Shown in pieces: positions 1 to 8,531 of a DNA stretch of 41,064 nt (its first letter is position 1; each line of letters opens with the position of its first letter). The stretch is taken from positions 1-41,064 of the forward strand of contig CAJJIV010000002.1 of the NCBI GenBank assembly GCA_905187655.1, read 5' to 3'. The translations under genes were made by a program, and so were the position numbers. The notes under the pieces are model-generated. The model was given only the letters and a program-made list of their open reading frames with translations. It was not told the origin of the DNA and made no database searches. Origin of the DNA: an uncultured Eubacteriales bacterium. GTDB lineage: Bacteria; Bacillota; Clostridia; Christensenellales; UBA1242.

Positions 1-70
1 AAATAGTAAACTTGAATCGCTTTAGTAAATTTTAATGAATATAAAATTAAAATAACTCATAATTATTATT

Positions 71-337
71 ATGAGTTTTTTTAATGAAGTTGAAAAGTTG
101 TTTAGTGGTGAAGAATTAAAACAGGAATACGAAGTGCATTTAATTGGAGACAAGTGTGCTGTGGTTGAAGGATATAAAAAAATTAAGTCCTTTTCAGCCA
201 GCGAAGTTATTTTGGAACTTAAAAATAAATCTAAACTTATTTTGCGTGGTGCTAAAATGATAATAAAAAAACTAGAAATTAGCGAGATGGTTATTGCTGG
301 TGAAGTGTTGTCGATAGAAATATCAAAAGGGGCTTAA
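71..337 (+). CDS. yqfC: sporulation protein YqfC (YabP/YqfC family)
   Basis: 88 aa small soluble protein that resembles the YabP/YqfC family. Its stop abuts the ATG of a YqfD-like gene (TAAATG). The yqfC-yqfD-ybeY-era-recO synteny matches Bacillus. Confidence 0.7.
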   Translation: MSFFNEVEKLFSGEELKQEYEVHLIGDKCAVVEGYKKIKSFSASEVILELKNKSKLILRGAKMIIKKLEISEMVIAGEVLSIEISKGA

Positions 338-1480
338 ATGGGCAAAATTACTCTTGAATTGAATGGGTTAAACCTTAGTAAATTGTTAAATGAATTAATG
401 AGTGAAAATGTTGAGTTTGAAAATATAGAACGTATAGACTATGATCAAATGAACTTAACAATAAATCAACGTAATTATAAAAAAATCGTTAAAAAGACCA
501 AAATACTTGGCATAAATTGCGAAGTAATTAACGAAAGTGGTTTTCACAGTGTATTGCTTAAACTAACAAGAAAACTTGGCATAATTTTAGGGATTTTTGT
601 TGTAGTAATTACCAGTTTGGCTCTCAGTCAGTCATGCTTTAAAATTAATATTGAAATAGAAGGTAAAGAAGAAAACAAGCAAGTGTTAATTCAGCAAATT
701 CAGCAGGTGCTTGCTGAGCAAAAAGTTGGAATAGGTGAGAACATAAAAAATTTAAATACAAGAGCACTTGAAAGAGAGTTTTTAAAAAATGTTAAAAATG
801 TCTCGCTTGCTGTTGTTGAAAGAAATGGAGTTGTAATTAATATTTTTGTTAAAGAAGCAATTGAACCAGACATTACAACAAATGCTAATATTATAGCGAA
901 TTATGGTGGTGTTATTGAAGATATAAAATTGAAAAGTGGTAATTTACAAGTTAATGTAGGAGATAGTGTAACTAAGGGTCAAATTTTAATAACCAGCGGA
1001 AATATTGGTGATGTTTTTTCTGAAGCAAATGGTTCCATTATTGCAAGAGTATTAATTTCTGGTGATAGTATAGGTACCGAAGAAAGGGTTAGTTACAGAA
1101 GAAGTGGCAAGGTAATTGAAGTTGGCTATGTAAACTTATTTGGGAAAGATTTGCGTAGTACAAAGACAACCGAAGATGATGCAAAGCAGTTTGCGAACTT
1201 TGAAATTGAAAAAGTTGAAACCGAACTGAGCCAGTTTAATATAGTGCCCATTAAAAAAATTGTTTATAGGTACTACGAATTAATTGAAGAATTTAATAAA
1301 ATAGAGTATACTAATCTAATAGAGGAATTATCTATTAACGCATATAATGTGGCAAAAAGTAATATGCCACTTGGTGCGGAAGAGCTTTCAGTTGAATATA
1401 AAACTATTAAAACAGAAGACTATGTAAAAGTAATATGCAATATTGAAACAAGAATAGATATTGCAACAAGAGAAAAATAA
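338..1480 (+). CDS. yqfD: sporulation protein YqfD
   Basis: 380 aa with a single TM near residue 80-100 (LGIILGIFVVVITSLAL). Size and topology fit YqfD, and it sits directly after yqfC. Confidence 0.7.
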   Translation: MGKITLELNGLNLSKLLNELMSENVEFENIERIDYDQMNLTINQRNYKKIVKKTKILGINCEVINESGFHSVLLKLTRKLGIILGIFVVVITSLALSQSCFKINIEIEGKEENKQVLIQQIQQVLAEQKVGIGENIKNLNTRALEREFLKNVKNVSLAVVERNGVVINIFVKEAIEPDITTNANIIANYGGVIEDIKLKSGNLQVNVGDSVTKGQILITSGNIGDVFSEANGSIIARVLISGDSIGTEERVSYRRSGKVIEVGYVNLFGKDLRSTKTTEDDAKQFANFEIEKVETELSQFNIVPIKKIVYRYYELIEEFNKIEYTNLIEELSINAYNVAKSNMPLGAEELSVEYKTIKTEDYVKVICNIETRIDIATREK

Positions 1481-1496
1481 AATTATTGGAGTACGT

Positions 1497-1994
1497 ATGA
1501 TAGTAAATTTTTTAAATATTAAAGGAATTAACAAACAGACTCGAGAAGAAATTAAGAATATTATGGAGAAGGCACTTGAAAAAGTTAATCAAACAGCAGA
1601 ATTTGAAATTAATGTTGGTTTTGTAACCCCAGAAGAAATACAAAACGTTAACAAAAAAGAACGAAACAAAGATAGTGCAACCGATGTACTATCTTTTCCT
1701 GCATTTAATTTAAAAGTGGGAGAAATTGTTGATATTAACGATGAAAAGTATTTTTTGAATATTGACCCCGAGACTAAGGCTTTTGCCCTTGGTGATATGA
1801 TAATTTGCACCGAAGTTGCAAGAGCGCAGGCTAAAAGTTATGGGCACAGTTTAAAAACTGAATTAGTTAGACTTGCTCTTCATAGTGTTTTACATTGTTT
1901 GGGTTATGATCATATTAAAGATAGTGATTATTTATTAATGCATAAAATTGAAATGCAAGTTATGCAAGAAAATGGATATAAAGTTATTGAATAG
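1497..1994 (+). CDS. ybeY: rRNA maturation endoribonuclease YbeY
   Basis: Zn-binding motif HSVLHCLGYDH (HxxxHxxxxxH). I chose the ATG at 1497, which follows GGAG and lies after the yqfD stop, rather than the track start 1461, which overlaps yqfD. Confidence 0.9.
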   Translation: MIVNFLNIKGINKQTREEIKNIMEKALEKVNQTAEFEINVGFVTPEEIQNVNKKERNKDSATDVLSFPAFNLKVGEIVDINDEKYFLNIDPETKAFALGDMIICTEVARAQAKSYGHSLKTELVRLALHSVLHCLGYDHIKDSDYLLMHKIEMQVMQENGYKVIE

Positions 1995-2006
1995 GAGTAA
2001 TGATAA

Positions 2007-2900
2007 ATGAAGAACAAAAGATGTGGGTTTGTTGCTGTTGTTGGAAAACCGAACGTGGGAAAATCTAGTTTAGTTAATGCAATGGTTGGTGCAAAGGTTA
2101 GCATTACAGGGCCTAAGCCACAAACAACAAGAAATAAAATTCTTGGAATAAAGACGGGAGAAGATTATCAAATTATTTTTATAGATACCCCAGGAGCAAT
2201 AAAACCACGAAATGCTCTTGGAGAATATATGGAAAAGAGCATAAAGACAGCAACAGTTGGCATAGATGCCCTTTTAATTGTGTTAGATGCCACAAAAATT
2301 ACTGAAAAAGATTTTATCTTAATAGATAAATACAAGTCTGAAAAAGTGCCAATTTTTGTTTGTATTAATAAAACGGACATAGGCAAATACGAAGAAGTGT
2401 ACCCCAAACTTGAAAAATTGAATGAACTTAAATATATTACCGAATATTTTTCAACAAGTGCAAAGACTGGTAAAGGGGTAGATTTGTTATTGTCTAAACT
2501 GGTAAACAAAATGCCTTTTGGCGAGTTTATGTTTGATGAAGACCAAATTACCGACCGCTCGCTTAAATTTTTGGCTAGTGAAATTGTGAGAGAAAAAGCA
2601 TTAATTTATTTACAAGAAGAGATACCGCATGGCATTGCAGTAGATATTCCCAAATTTGAAGAGCGCAAAACAATGGTCACAATTGAAGCGGAAATAATTG
2701 CAAGCAAGCCAAATCATAAGCAAATTATTATTGGCAAGGGCGGAGAGATGCTTAAAAAGATTGGTACTAGTGCAAGGGTTGAAATTGAACAGCTATTAGA
2801 CAAAAAAGTTAATTTACAACTATTTGTTAAAGTTCGGGAAAACTGGCAGGATAACAAATTGTCTTTAAGAGAATTTGGTTACGACAAAAAAGACTTGTAA
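2007..2900 (+). CDS. era: GTPase Era
   Basis: G1 GKPNVGKSS, G3 DTPG, G4 NKTD and a C-terminal KH domain (IIGKGGEMLKKIG). Lies between ybeY and recO. Confidence 0.95.
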   Translation: MKNKRCGFVAVVGKPNVGKSSLVNAMVGAKVSITGPKPQTTRNKILGIKTGEDYQIIFIDTPGAIKPRNALGEYMEKSIKTATVGIDALLIVLDATKITEKDFILIDKYKSEKVPIFVCINKTDIGKYEEVYPKLEKLNELKYITEYFSTSAKTGKGVDLLLSKLVNKMPFGEFMFDEDQITDRSLKFLASEIVREKALIYLQEEIPHGIAVDIPKFEERKTMVTIEAEIIASKPNHKQIIIGKGGEMLKKIGTSARVEIEQLLDKKVNLQLFVKVRENWQDNKLSLREFGYDKKDL

Positions 2901-2971
2901 AAGCTAAAATGTTTGAGTTTACATTTTCTTGAGTTGCTAAAAATTATTGTATAAAAAGGAGAGAAAAATTT

Positions 2972-3106
2972 ATGCAAAATGATAACAACAAACAAGAATT
3001 AAACACACAAATGGATGCAAAAGATATTGCTTGGGAATTGTTTAAAAAGAGTGGTAATGTTAATTATTACCGACTTTATAGCGACCTTAAAAAGGAAGAA
3101 GAGTAG
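2972..3106 (+). CDS. YqzL-like small protein (44 aa), absent from the ORF track
   Basis: ATG at 2972 follows AAAGGAGAG. The product is MQNDNNKQELNTQMDAKDIAWELFKKSGNVNYYRLYSDLKKEEE. The core W-x-LF-x2-(S/T)G-x-(V/I)-x-Y resembles B. subtilis YqzL as I recall it, and that gene occupies the same era-recO gap. Confidence 0.6.
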   Translation: MQNDNNKQELNTQMDAKDIAWELFKKSGNVNYYRLYSDLKKEEE

Positions 3107-3169
3107 CACAATAATGCGTTAAAATAAACGATTTTTGGTGTGTTATATCAGACATAATAATGGTGAATT

Positions 3170-3874
3170 ATGGAACGAGAGATAAAAGAAAAAGCAATTT
3201 GTTTAAAAAGTGTAAATAGTGGTGAAGCGGACAGAATTTTATATTTATTATCTCCTGATCGAGGACTTTTTAAGTGTAAAATAAGGGGGGTAAAAAAGCC
3301 CAAAGCGAAACTTGCGTTTGCAAGTTTCCCTTTTTGTTTTGGAGAATATTTGTTGGTTAAGACTGGTTCAAATTATACGGTAACTAATTGTAATTTTATT
3401 GATAATTTTTCTATCCTTTCAGCAGATATTAACAAATATTACGCTGGTGCAGGCATACTTGAGATCGGGTTAAAAATCACACAAGAAAACGAAGATGCAA
3501 CACAGTTATTTATTTCTATTATTAAAAATTTATCAGCTTTGGCATATTCCAATGTAAACATATTTTTAGTGCTTTGCAAAATGCTTTTAGACAGCTTACA
3601 ATTTTTAGGTGTTGGTGTTACAATTGAAGATGCACTAAAAACAACCGATTTGGTATTTGACTTTGAAACTGGCAGAATAGGTACAACAACAACAGAAAAT
3701 AGTGCGACATTAAACTATGCGGACTATGAGTGCATTAAAACACTTTTAAGTTCTGACATAGCTGATGTGCCAATAACACAAAAAACTAGTAAAAACTTAC
3801 TTTGTATGTTGGTTTCTTATTTTGAATATAAAACTGATGAAAAACTTAGTTGTTTGCAGGTTTTTTGTAAATAA
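3170..3874 (+). CDS. recO: DNA repair protein RecO
   Basis: 234 aa with a RecO-like N-terminal OB region (KAICLKSVNSGEADRILYLLSPDRGLFKCKIRGVKK). Conserved position after era/yqzL. Confidence 0.85.
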   Translation: MEREIKEKAICLKSVNSGEADRILYLLSPDRGLFKCKIRGVKKPKAKLAFASFPFCFGEYLLVKTGSNYTVTNCNFIDNFSILSADINKYYAGAGILEIGLKITQENEDATQLFISIIKNLSALAYSNVNIFLVLCKMLLDSLQFLGVGVTIEDALKTTDLVFDFETGRIGTTTTENSATLNYADYECIKTLLSSDIADVPITQKTSKNLLCMLVSYFEYKTDEKLSCLQVFCK

Positions 3875-3880
3875 CCAATA

Positions 3881-3909
3881 TTGACAATATAGTTACAATA
3901 TGTTATAAT
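3881..3909 (+). promoter_or_regulatory. consensus sigma-A promoter of the orphan three-gene operon
   Basis: TTGACA (3881-3886), 17-nt spacer, TGtTATAAT (-10 at 3904-3909). It lies directly after the recO stop. Confidence 0.6.
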
Positions 3910-4007
3910 TTGTGCAAGATTATTAGGGGACAATAATGTTATTTTAATAGTTTTTGCAAGATTTAGACATTTTAAGTCCGTGCATAAAAAATATAAAGGG
4001 TTTTGAT

Positions 4008-4574
4008 ATGTCACGAATTAAAGTAAAAGAAAGAAGAAAATTGCCACAATATATGCTTATGCCAACAAGTCAATTGCTAGCCATCAGAAGAGAATTGAAC
4101 TACGAAATGAAGGAAGCAATTGATGAGCAAATTATTAAACTAACCGAAAAAAGAAAGGCTATTGATTGTGTTTTAATTCAAAGATTAAGTGGAATGTCTG
4201 CCCTTGATTTGTTGGGAATGAGAGCACTTGAATATGAGACAATTTTAACCTTGGCTGGAATATTAGATATGCCAAACATAAAGGAAATTGGCCATAGTAA
4301 GGTGCAAACAGAAATGGACTATAAATTGCACAAAGGAATATTTTCAACTGTTACTCACTTGCTTAATTTTAGAGAAGATGTGCGTACAAATGAAACTGTT
4401 GTGAGTGCAATTTTGCGAAGCAAGATGTATGTAAATGATTGGGTGCGCAAATACAATAGTATTGCAGATAAGTCTAGTTTTAGGGCAGACTGTTATAAAT
4501 TTTTGATTGAAAGTGAGGGAAAGCCATCTAATCAATTTAATAATAATGTCACACCAGTAATGAAAGAAGAATAG
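4008..4574 (+). CDS. hypothetical protein (188 aa), orphan operon gene 1
   Basis: Long ORF with host-like codon usage. The ATG at 4008 follows AAGGG; the track start 3954 is a TTG without an SD. No motif recognised, no TM and no signal peptide. Confidence 0.6.
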   Translation: MSRIKVKERRKLPQYMLMPTSQLLAIRRELNYEMKEAIDEQIIKLTEKRKAIDCVLIQRLSGMSALDLLGMRALEYETILTLAGILDMPNIKEIGHSKVQTEMDYKLHKGIFSTVTHLLNFREDVRTNETVVSAILRSKMYVNDWVRKYNSIADKSSFRADCYKFLIESEGKPSNQFNNNVTPVMKEE

Positions 4575-4585
4575 GGGGACTTTTA

Positions 4586-4930
4586 ATGGGGAATAAGATA
4601 TATGACTTTAATGGCGACTGGCCTACTAAAAAAGAGATAAAACAACGCACCAATTTTTATTTAAAAGCAAAATATGGAAATTTTGGAAAGTATGATAGCT
4701 TAAGCACAGATGTGCTTTTGAAACAATTAGACCAATTTAAACAAGAAAAGGCAGAGAGAGAATGTTATTTGAATATGCTTACCTCTTTGATAAAAGGTGA
4801 AAATACTTCACAAATTTCTGACAGGGAAATTTTTAGCAGAATTTATATTAACAAAACATATTTAGAAAGTTTAGACAGAGATATTAAATATATAGAAGAT
4901 TTGATTAATGATGAAAATATTTTGAATTAA
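4586..4930 (+). CDS. hypothetical protein (114 aa), orphan operon gene 2
   Basis: ATG lies 11 nt after the gene 1 stop, preceded by GGGGGA. No recognisable domain. Confidence 0.6.
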   Translation: MGNKIYDFNGDWPTKKEIKQRTNFYLKAKYGNFGKYDSLSTDVLLKQLDQFKQEKAERECYLNMLTSLIKGENTSQISDREIFSRIYINKTYLESLDRDIKYIEDLINDENILN

Positions 4931-4949
4931 AATTAGGAGGATTTGAACA

Positions 4950-5462
4950 ATGAAAAATGTATCTAAAATGAGTGCACAAGACTTAGTTTTAAAGCTGGCT
5001 GAATTAAAAGAACAAATGGCTGATGATTTGAAATATAGAGATGAAATGGAAAGAAAATATAATAGTGCTGAAGATAAAGCAACTGCTAGTGGAAGATATG
5101 ATTTAAGCTCAGCAACTAATGATTTAATTGACTCTTACTATGAATCGCTAGTTGATGCAAATGAACACTTAAGTGCAACAAAAAAAGAATTAAATTCATT
5201 ATTGGAACAAATAAAGAACATGGATCTTTCAAAAATTAGGGAATGTGTTGTTTTGTGCCAAAAGAAAATAGAGGCTTCGCAGAAAAGAATAGCAGACTTT
5301 GAAGTAATGAAGAGAATGCGTGAATCTAAAAAAGATGTAAGAAAACTTGATCGATTGATTGGCATTGAAAAAGATATTGTAAATATGACTTCGTGGCAAC
5401 TTGGTATTTTTAATGAAGCATTAGGCAAGATGATTGGTGTTATTGAAAATGAGGCAGACTAA
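4950..5462 (+). CDS. hypothetical coiled-coil protein (170 aa), orphan operon gene 3
   Basis: Strong AGGAGG SD. The sequence is rich in heptad-like charged helices (LKLAELKEQMADDLKYRDEMERKY...). No recognisable domain. Confidence 0.6.
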   Translation: MKNVSKMSAQDLVLKLAELKEQMADDLKYRDEMERKYNSAEDKATASGRYDLSSATNDLIDSYYESLVDANEHLSATKKELNSLLEQIKNMDLSKIRECVVLCQKKIEASQKRIADFEVMKRMRESKKDVRKLDRLIGIEKDIVNMTSWQLGIFNEALGKMIGVIENEAD

Positions 5463-5482
5463 CTAATAGTCTGCTTTTTTAT
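5454..5482 (+). terminator. rho-independent terminator of the orphan operon
   Basis: Stem GCAGACT / AGTCTGC (5454-5460 / 5468-5474) followed by a T6 run. The stem overlaps the stop codon of gene 3. Confidence 0.7.
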
Positions 5483-5564
5483 TTGAATTAAGATTAAGCA
5501 TATAAGACAAGCGATAATTATAGAGAAATAACTAAATTTTTGTACATAATACTTAAAATATATC

Positions 5565-5594
5565 TTGCAACAAAACATATTAATGTGTTATAAT
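5565..5594 (+). promoter_or_regulatory. putative sigma-A promoter of ppdK
   Basis: TTGCAA (5565-5570), 18-nt spacer, TGtTATAAT (5589-5594). An AAGGAGA SD precedes the ATG at 5635. Confidence 0.55.
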
Positions 5595-5634
5595 TGCTAA
5601 GTCGATAAAAATTTTACAAAATAAGGAGAAATTT

Positions 5635-8268
5635 ATGGCAAAAAAGAAGTATGTATATCTTTTTAGCGAAGGCAATGCCAAAATGCGTGAACTTCTTGGT
5701 GGTAAAGGTGCAAACCTTGCAGAAATGACCAATCTTGGTTTACCAGTTCCACAAGGTTTTACAATTACAACTGAGGCATGTACCCAATACTACGAAGATG
5801 GAAGACAAATTAATGATTCCATTAAGGCTGAAATAATGGAATACATTGAAAAGATGGAGAAAATCACTGGCAAAAAATTTGGTGATAAAGAAAACCCTCT
5901 TTTGGTTTCTGTTCGTTCGGGCGCAAGAGCATCTATGCCAGGTATGATGGATACTATTTTAAACCTAGGACTAAACGAAGAAGTTGTTAATGTCATTGCT
6001 AAAAAATCTGGCAATCCTCGTTGGGCTTGGGACTGCTATCGCCGTTTTATTCAAATGTACTCTGATGTTGTTATGGAAGTAGGCAAAAAGTACTTTGAAC
6101 AATTAATTGATGAAATGAAAGAGAAAAAGGGTGTTACCCAAGACATCGAACTAGATGCTAATGATTTGGCTGAACTTGCAAGACAGTTTAAGGCTGAATA
6201 TAAAGCAAAAATTGGGGAAGATTTCCCTGATGACCCAAAAGAACAACTATTTGGGGCAATAAAAGCGGTATTCCGTTCATGGGATAACCCAAGAGCAAAC
6301 TATTACAGAATGCAAAACGATATTCCTTACAGCTGGGGAACTGCTGTTAACGTTCAAATGATGGCTTTTGGTAATATGGGCGAAACAAGTGGCACTGGTG
6401 TTGCATTTACTCGTAACCCTGCTACTGGTGAAAAGAAACTTATGGGTGAGTTCTTAATGAATGCACAAGGTGAAGATGTTGTTGCAGGTGTTAGAACACC
6501 AATGCCTATAGATAAAATGGCAGAAATAATGCCAGAAGTTTATACACAATTCCAAGATATTTGCAAAACTTTGGAAGAACATTACAGAGATATGCAAGAT
6601 ATGGAATTTACCATTGAAGATAAACATTTATATATGTTGCAAACCAGAAATGGTAAAAGAACTGCAAGAGCAGCATTAAAAATTGCTTGCGACCTTGTAG
6701 ATGAAAAAATGATTACTGAAGAAGAAGCACTAATGCAAATTGACCCTAAATCTTTAGATGCACTTCTTCACCCTCAATTTGATGCTGCTGCACTTAAAAA
6801 AGCTGTTCCTGTAGCACAAGCACTTGCTGCATCTCCTGGTGCCGCTTGTGGTAAAATTGTGTTTACTGCAGAAGATGCTGTTAAGGCTGGCAAAAACAAA
6901 GAAAAGGTTGTTCTTGTAAGACTAGAAACCTCTCCTGAAGACATTGAAGGTATGCACTATGCACAAGGTGTGCTAACCGTTAGAGGTGGTATGACTTCTC
7001 ACGCAGCCGTTGTTGCAAGAGGTATGGGTACTTGCTGTGTATCTGGTTGTGGCGAAATTAAAATGGATGAAGAGAACAAAAAGTTTACATTAAACGGCAG
7101 AACATATAAAGAAGGAGATGTTATTTCTCTAGATGGCTCTACCGGTAAAATTTATGGTGAGGAAATTAAAACTGTACCTGCCAATACTAACGATGGTGAT
7201 TTTGGAAGAATTATGGCTTGGGCTAACAAGTACAAAAAACTACAAGTTAGAACAAATGCTGATACTCCAAAAGATGCTCAACAAGCATTTGAATTTGGTG
7301 CAGAAGGTATTGGTCTATGCCGTACCGAGCATATGTTCTTTGAACCAGACAGAATTTCTGCAATTAGGGAAATGATTTGCGCCGATACTGTTGAACAACG
7401 AGAAAAGGCTTTGGCAAAACTAGAGCCAATGCAACAAGGTGATTTTGAAAAACTTTATGAAGCACTACAAGGTAGACCTGTAAATATTAGATTTATTGAT
7501 CCACCACTTCATGAATTTGTTCCTACCACTGAAGAAGATATTAAACTTTTGGCAGATTCTCAAGGAAAGAGTGTTAAAGAAGTTAAAGAAATTATTGCTT
7601 CTTTACATGAATTTAACCCAATGATGGGACACAGAGGATGCAGGCTTGCTGTTACCTTCCCAGAAATTGCTGTTATGCAAACTAAAGCAGTAATTAAGGC
7701 TGCTATAAAAGTAAACAAAAAGCATCCAGACTGGCACATTGTTCCAGAAATTATGATTCCACTTGTTGGTGAAGTTAAAGAACTTGCTTATGTTAAGAAG
7801 ATTGTTACTGAAACTGCTGACAAACTTATTGCAGAAAGCAAGGTGGATATGCACTATAAAGTTGGTACTATGATTGAAATTCCTAGAGCTGCAGTTCTTG
7901 CTGATGAAATTGCAAAAGAAGCAGAATACTTCTCTTTTGGTACTAACGACTTAACACAAATGACATTTGGTTTTAGCCGTGATGATGCTGGCAAATTCCT
8001 TGGTGCATACTACGAAAAGAAGATTTATGAATCTGATCCATTTGCAAGATTAGATCAAAAGGGTGTAGGAAAACTTATGGAAATGGCTGTTACTCTTGGT
8101 AGAAAGACACGCCCAGATATTAAGTTGGGAATTTGTGGTGAGCATGGTGGAGATCCTTCTTCAATTGAATTTTGCCACAAGATTGGTTTAACATATGTTT
8201 CTTGTTCTCCATACAGAGTTCCTATTGCAAGACTTGCTGCTGCTCAAGCTGCAATTAGAAATAAGTAG
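5635..8268 (+). CDS. ppdK: pyruvate, phosphate dikinase
   Basis: 877 aa. Phosphohistidine motif GGMTSHAAVVARGMG and a C-terminal PEP-utilising domain (GICGEHGGDP). Full three-domain length. Confidence 0.97.
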   Translation: MAKKKYVYLFSEGNAKMRELLGGKGANLAEMTNLGLPVPQGFTITTEACTQYYEDGRQINDSIKAEIMEYIEKMEKITGKKFGDKENPLLVSVRSGARASMPGMMDTILNLGLNEEVVNVIAKKSGNPRWAWDCYRRFIQMYSDVVMEVGKKYFEQLIDEMKEKKGVTQDIELDANDLAELARQFKAEYKAKIGEDFPDDPKEQLFGAIKAVFRSWDNPRANYYRMQNDIPYSWGTAVNVQMMAFGNMGETSGTGVAFTRNPATGEKKLMGEFLMNAQGEDVVAGVRTPMPIDKMAEIMPEVYTQFQDICKTLEEHYRDMQDMEFTIEDKHLYMLQTRNGKRTARAALKIACDLVDEKMITEEEALMQIDPKSLDALLHPQFDAAALKKAVPVAQALAASPGAACGKIVFTAEDAVKAGKNKEKVVLVRLETSPEDIEGMHYAQGVLTVRGGMTSHAAVVARGMGTCCVSGCGEIKMDEENKKFTLNGRTYKEGDVISLDGSTGKIYGEEIKTVPANTNDGDFGRIMAWANKYKKLQVRTNADTPKDAQQAFEFGAEGIGLCRTEHMFFEPDRISAIREMICADTVEQREKALAKLEPMQQGDFEKLYEALQGRPVNIRFIDPPLHEFVPTTEEDIKLLADSQGKSVKEVKEIIASLHEFNPMMGHRGCRLAVTFPEIAVMQTKAVIKAAIKVNKKHPDWHIVPEIMIPLVGEVKELAYVKKIVTETADKLIAESKVDMHYKVGTMIEIPRAAVLADEIAKEAEYFSFGTNDLTQMTFGFSRDDAGKFLGAYYEKKIYESDPFARLDQKGVGKLMEMAVTLGRKTRPDIKLGICGEHGGDPSSIEFCHKIGLTYVSCSPYRVPIARLAAAQAAIRNK

Positions 8269-8325
8269 TTTTATTTAACACTTTTATTGTCCGTAAAAAG
8301 TTATAATCTACTAAAATTATAAATT

Positions 8326-8368
8326 AAAGACCTTAAGACATGTCCGTAACTTAAGGTCTTTTTATTTT
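8326..8368 (+). terminator. rho-independent terminator of ppdK
   Basis: 12-bp stem AAAGACCTTAAG / CTTAAGGTCTTT (8326-8337 / 8350-8361) followed by TTTATTTT. Confidence 0.8.
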
Positions 8369-8473
8369 CTAATTTTTATAATAATACACAAAAAGTCTTT
8401 GTTTTAAAAATGTTATGACAGGCATAGTAATATATTTTTAGCTTAAACTAAAAGTATACTTAAATTAAAGTTA

Positions 8474-8502
8474 TTGACTAATTATTTAGTAAATGATATA
8501 AT
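8474..8502 (+). promoter_or_regulatory. putative sigma-A promoter
   Basis: TTGACT (8474-8479), 17-nt spacer, TGaTATAAT (8497-8502). Confidence 0.55.
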
Positions 8503-8531
8503 GTTCCAATTTTTATTAGGGGAAATAACAT

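Noticed and set aside
3954-4007. N-terminal extensions suggested by the ORF track: 3954 TTG, 1461, 17466, 24190, 37604 and 39646.
   Set aside because: Each extension overlaps the upstream gene or lacks an SD. An internal start with an SD, or a start matching the conserved family N-terminus, fits better.
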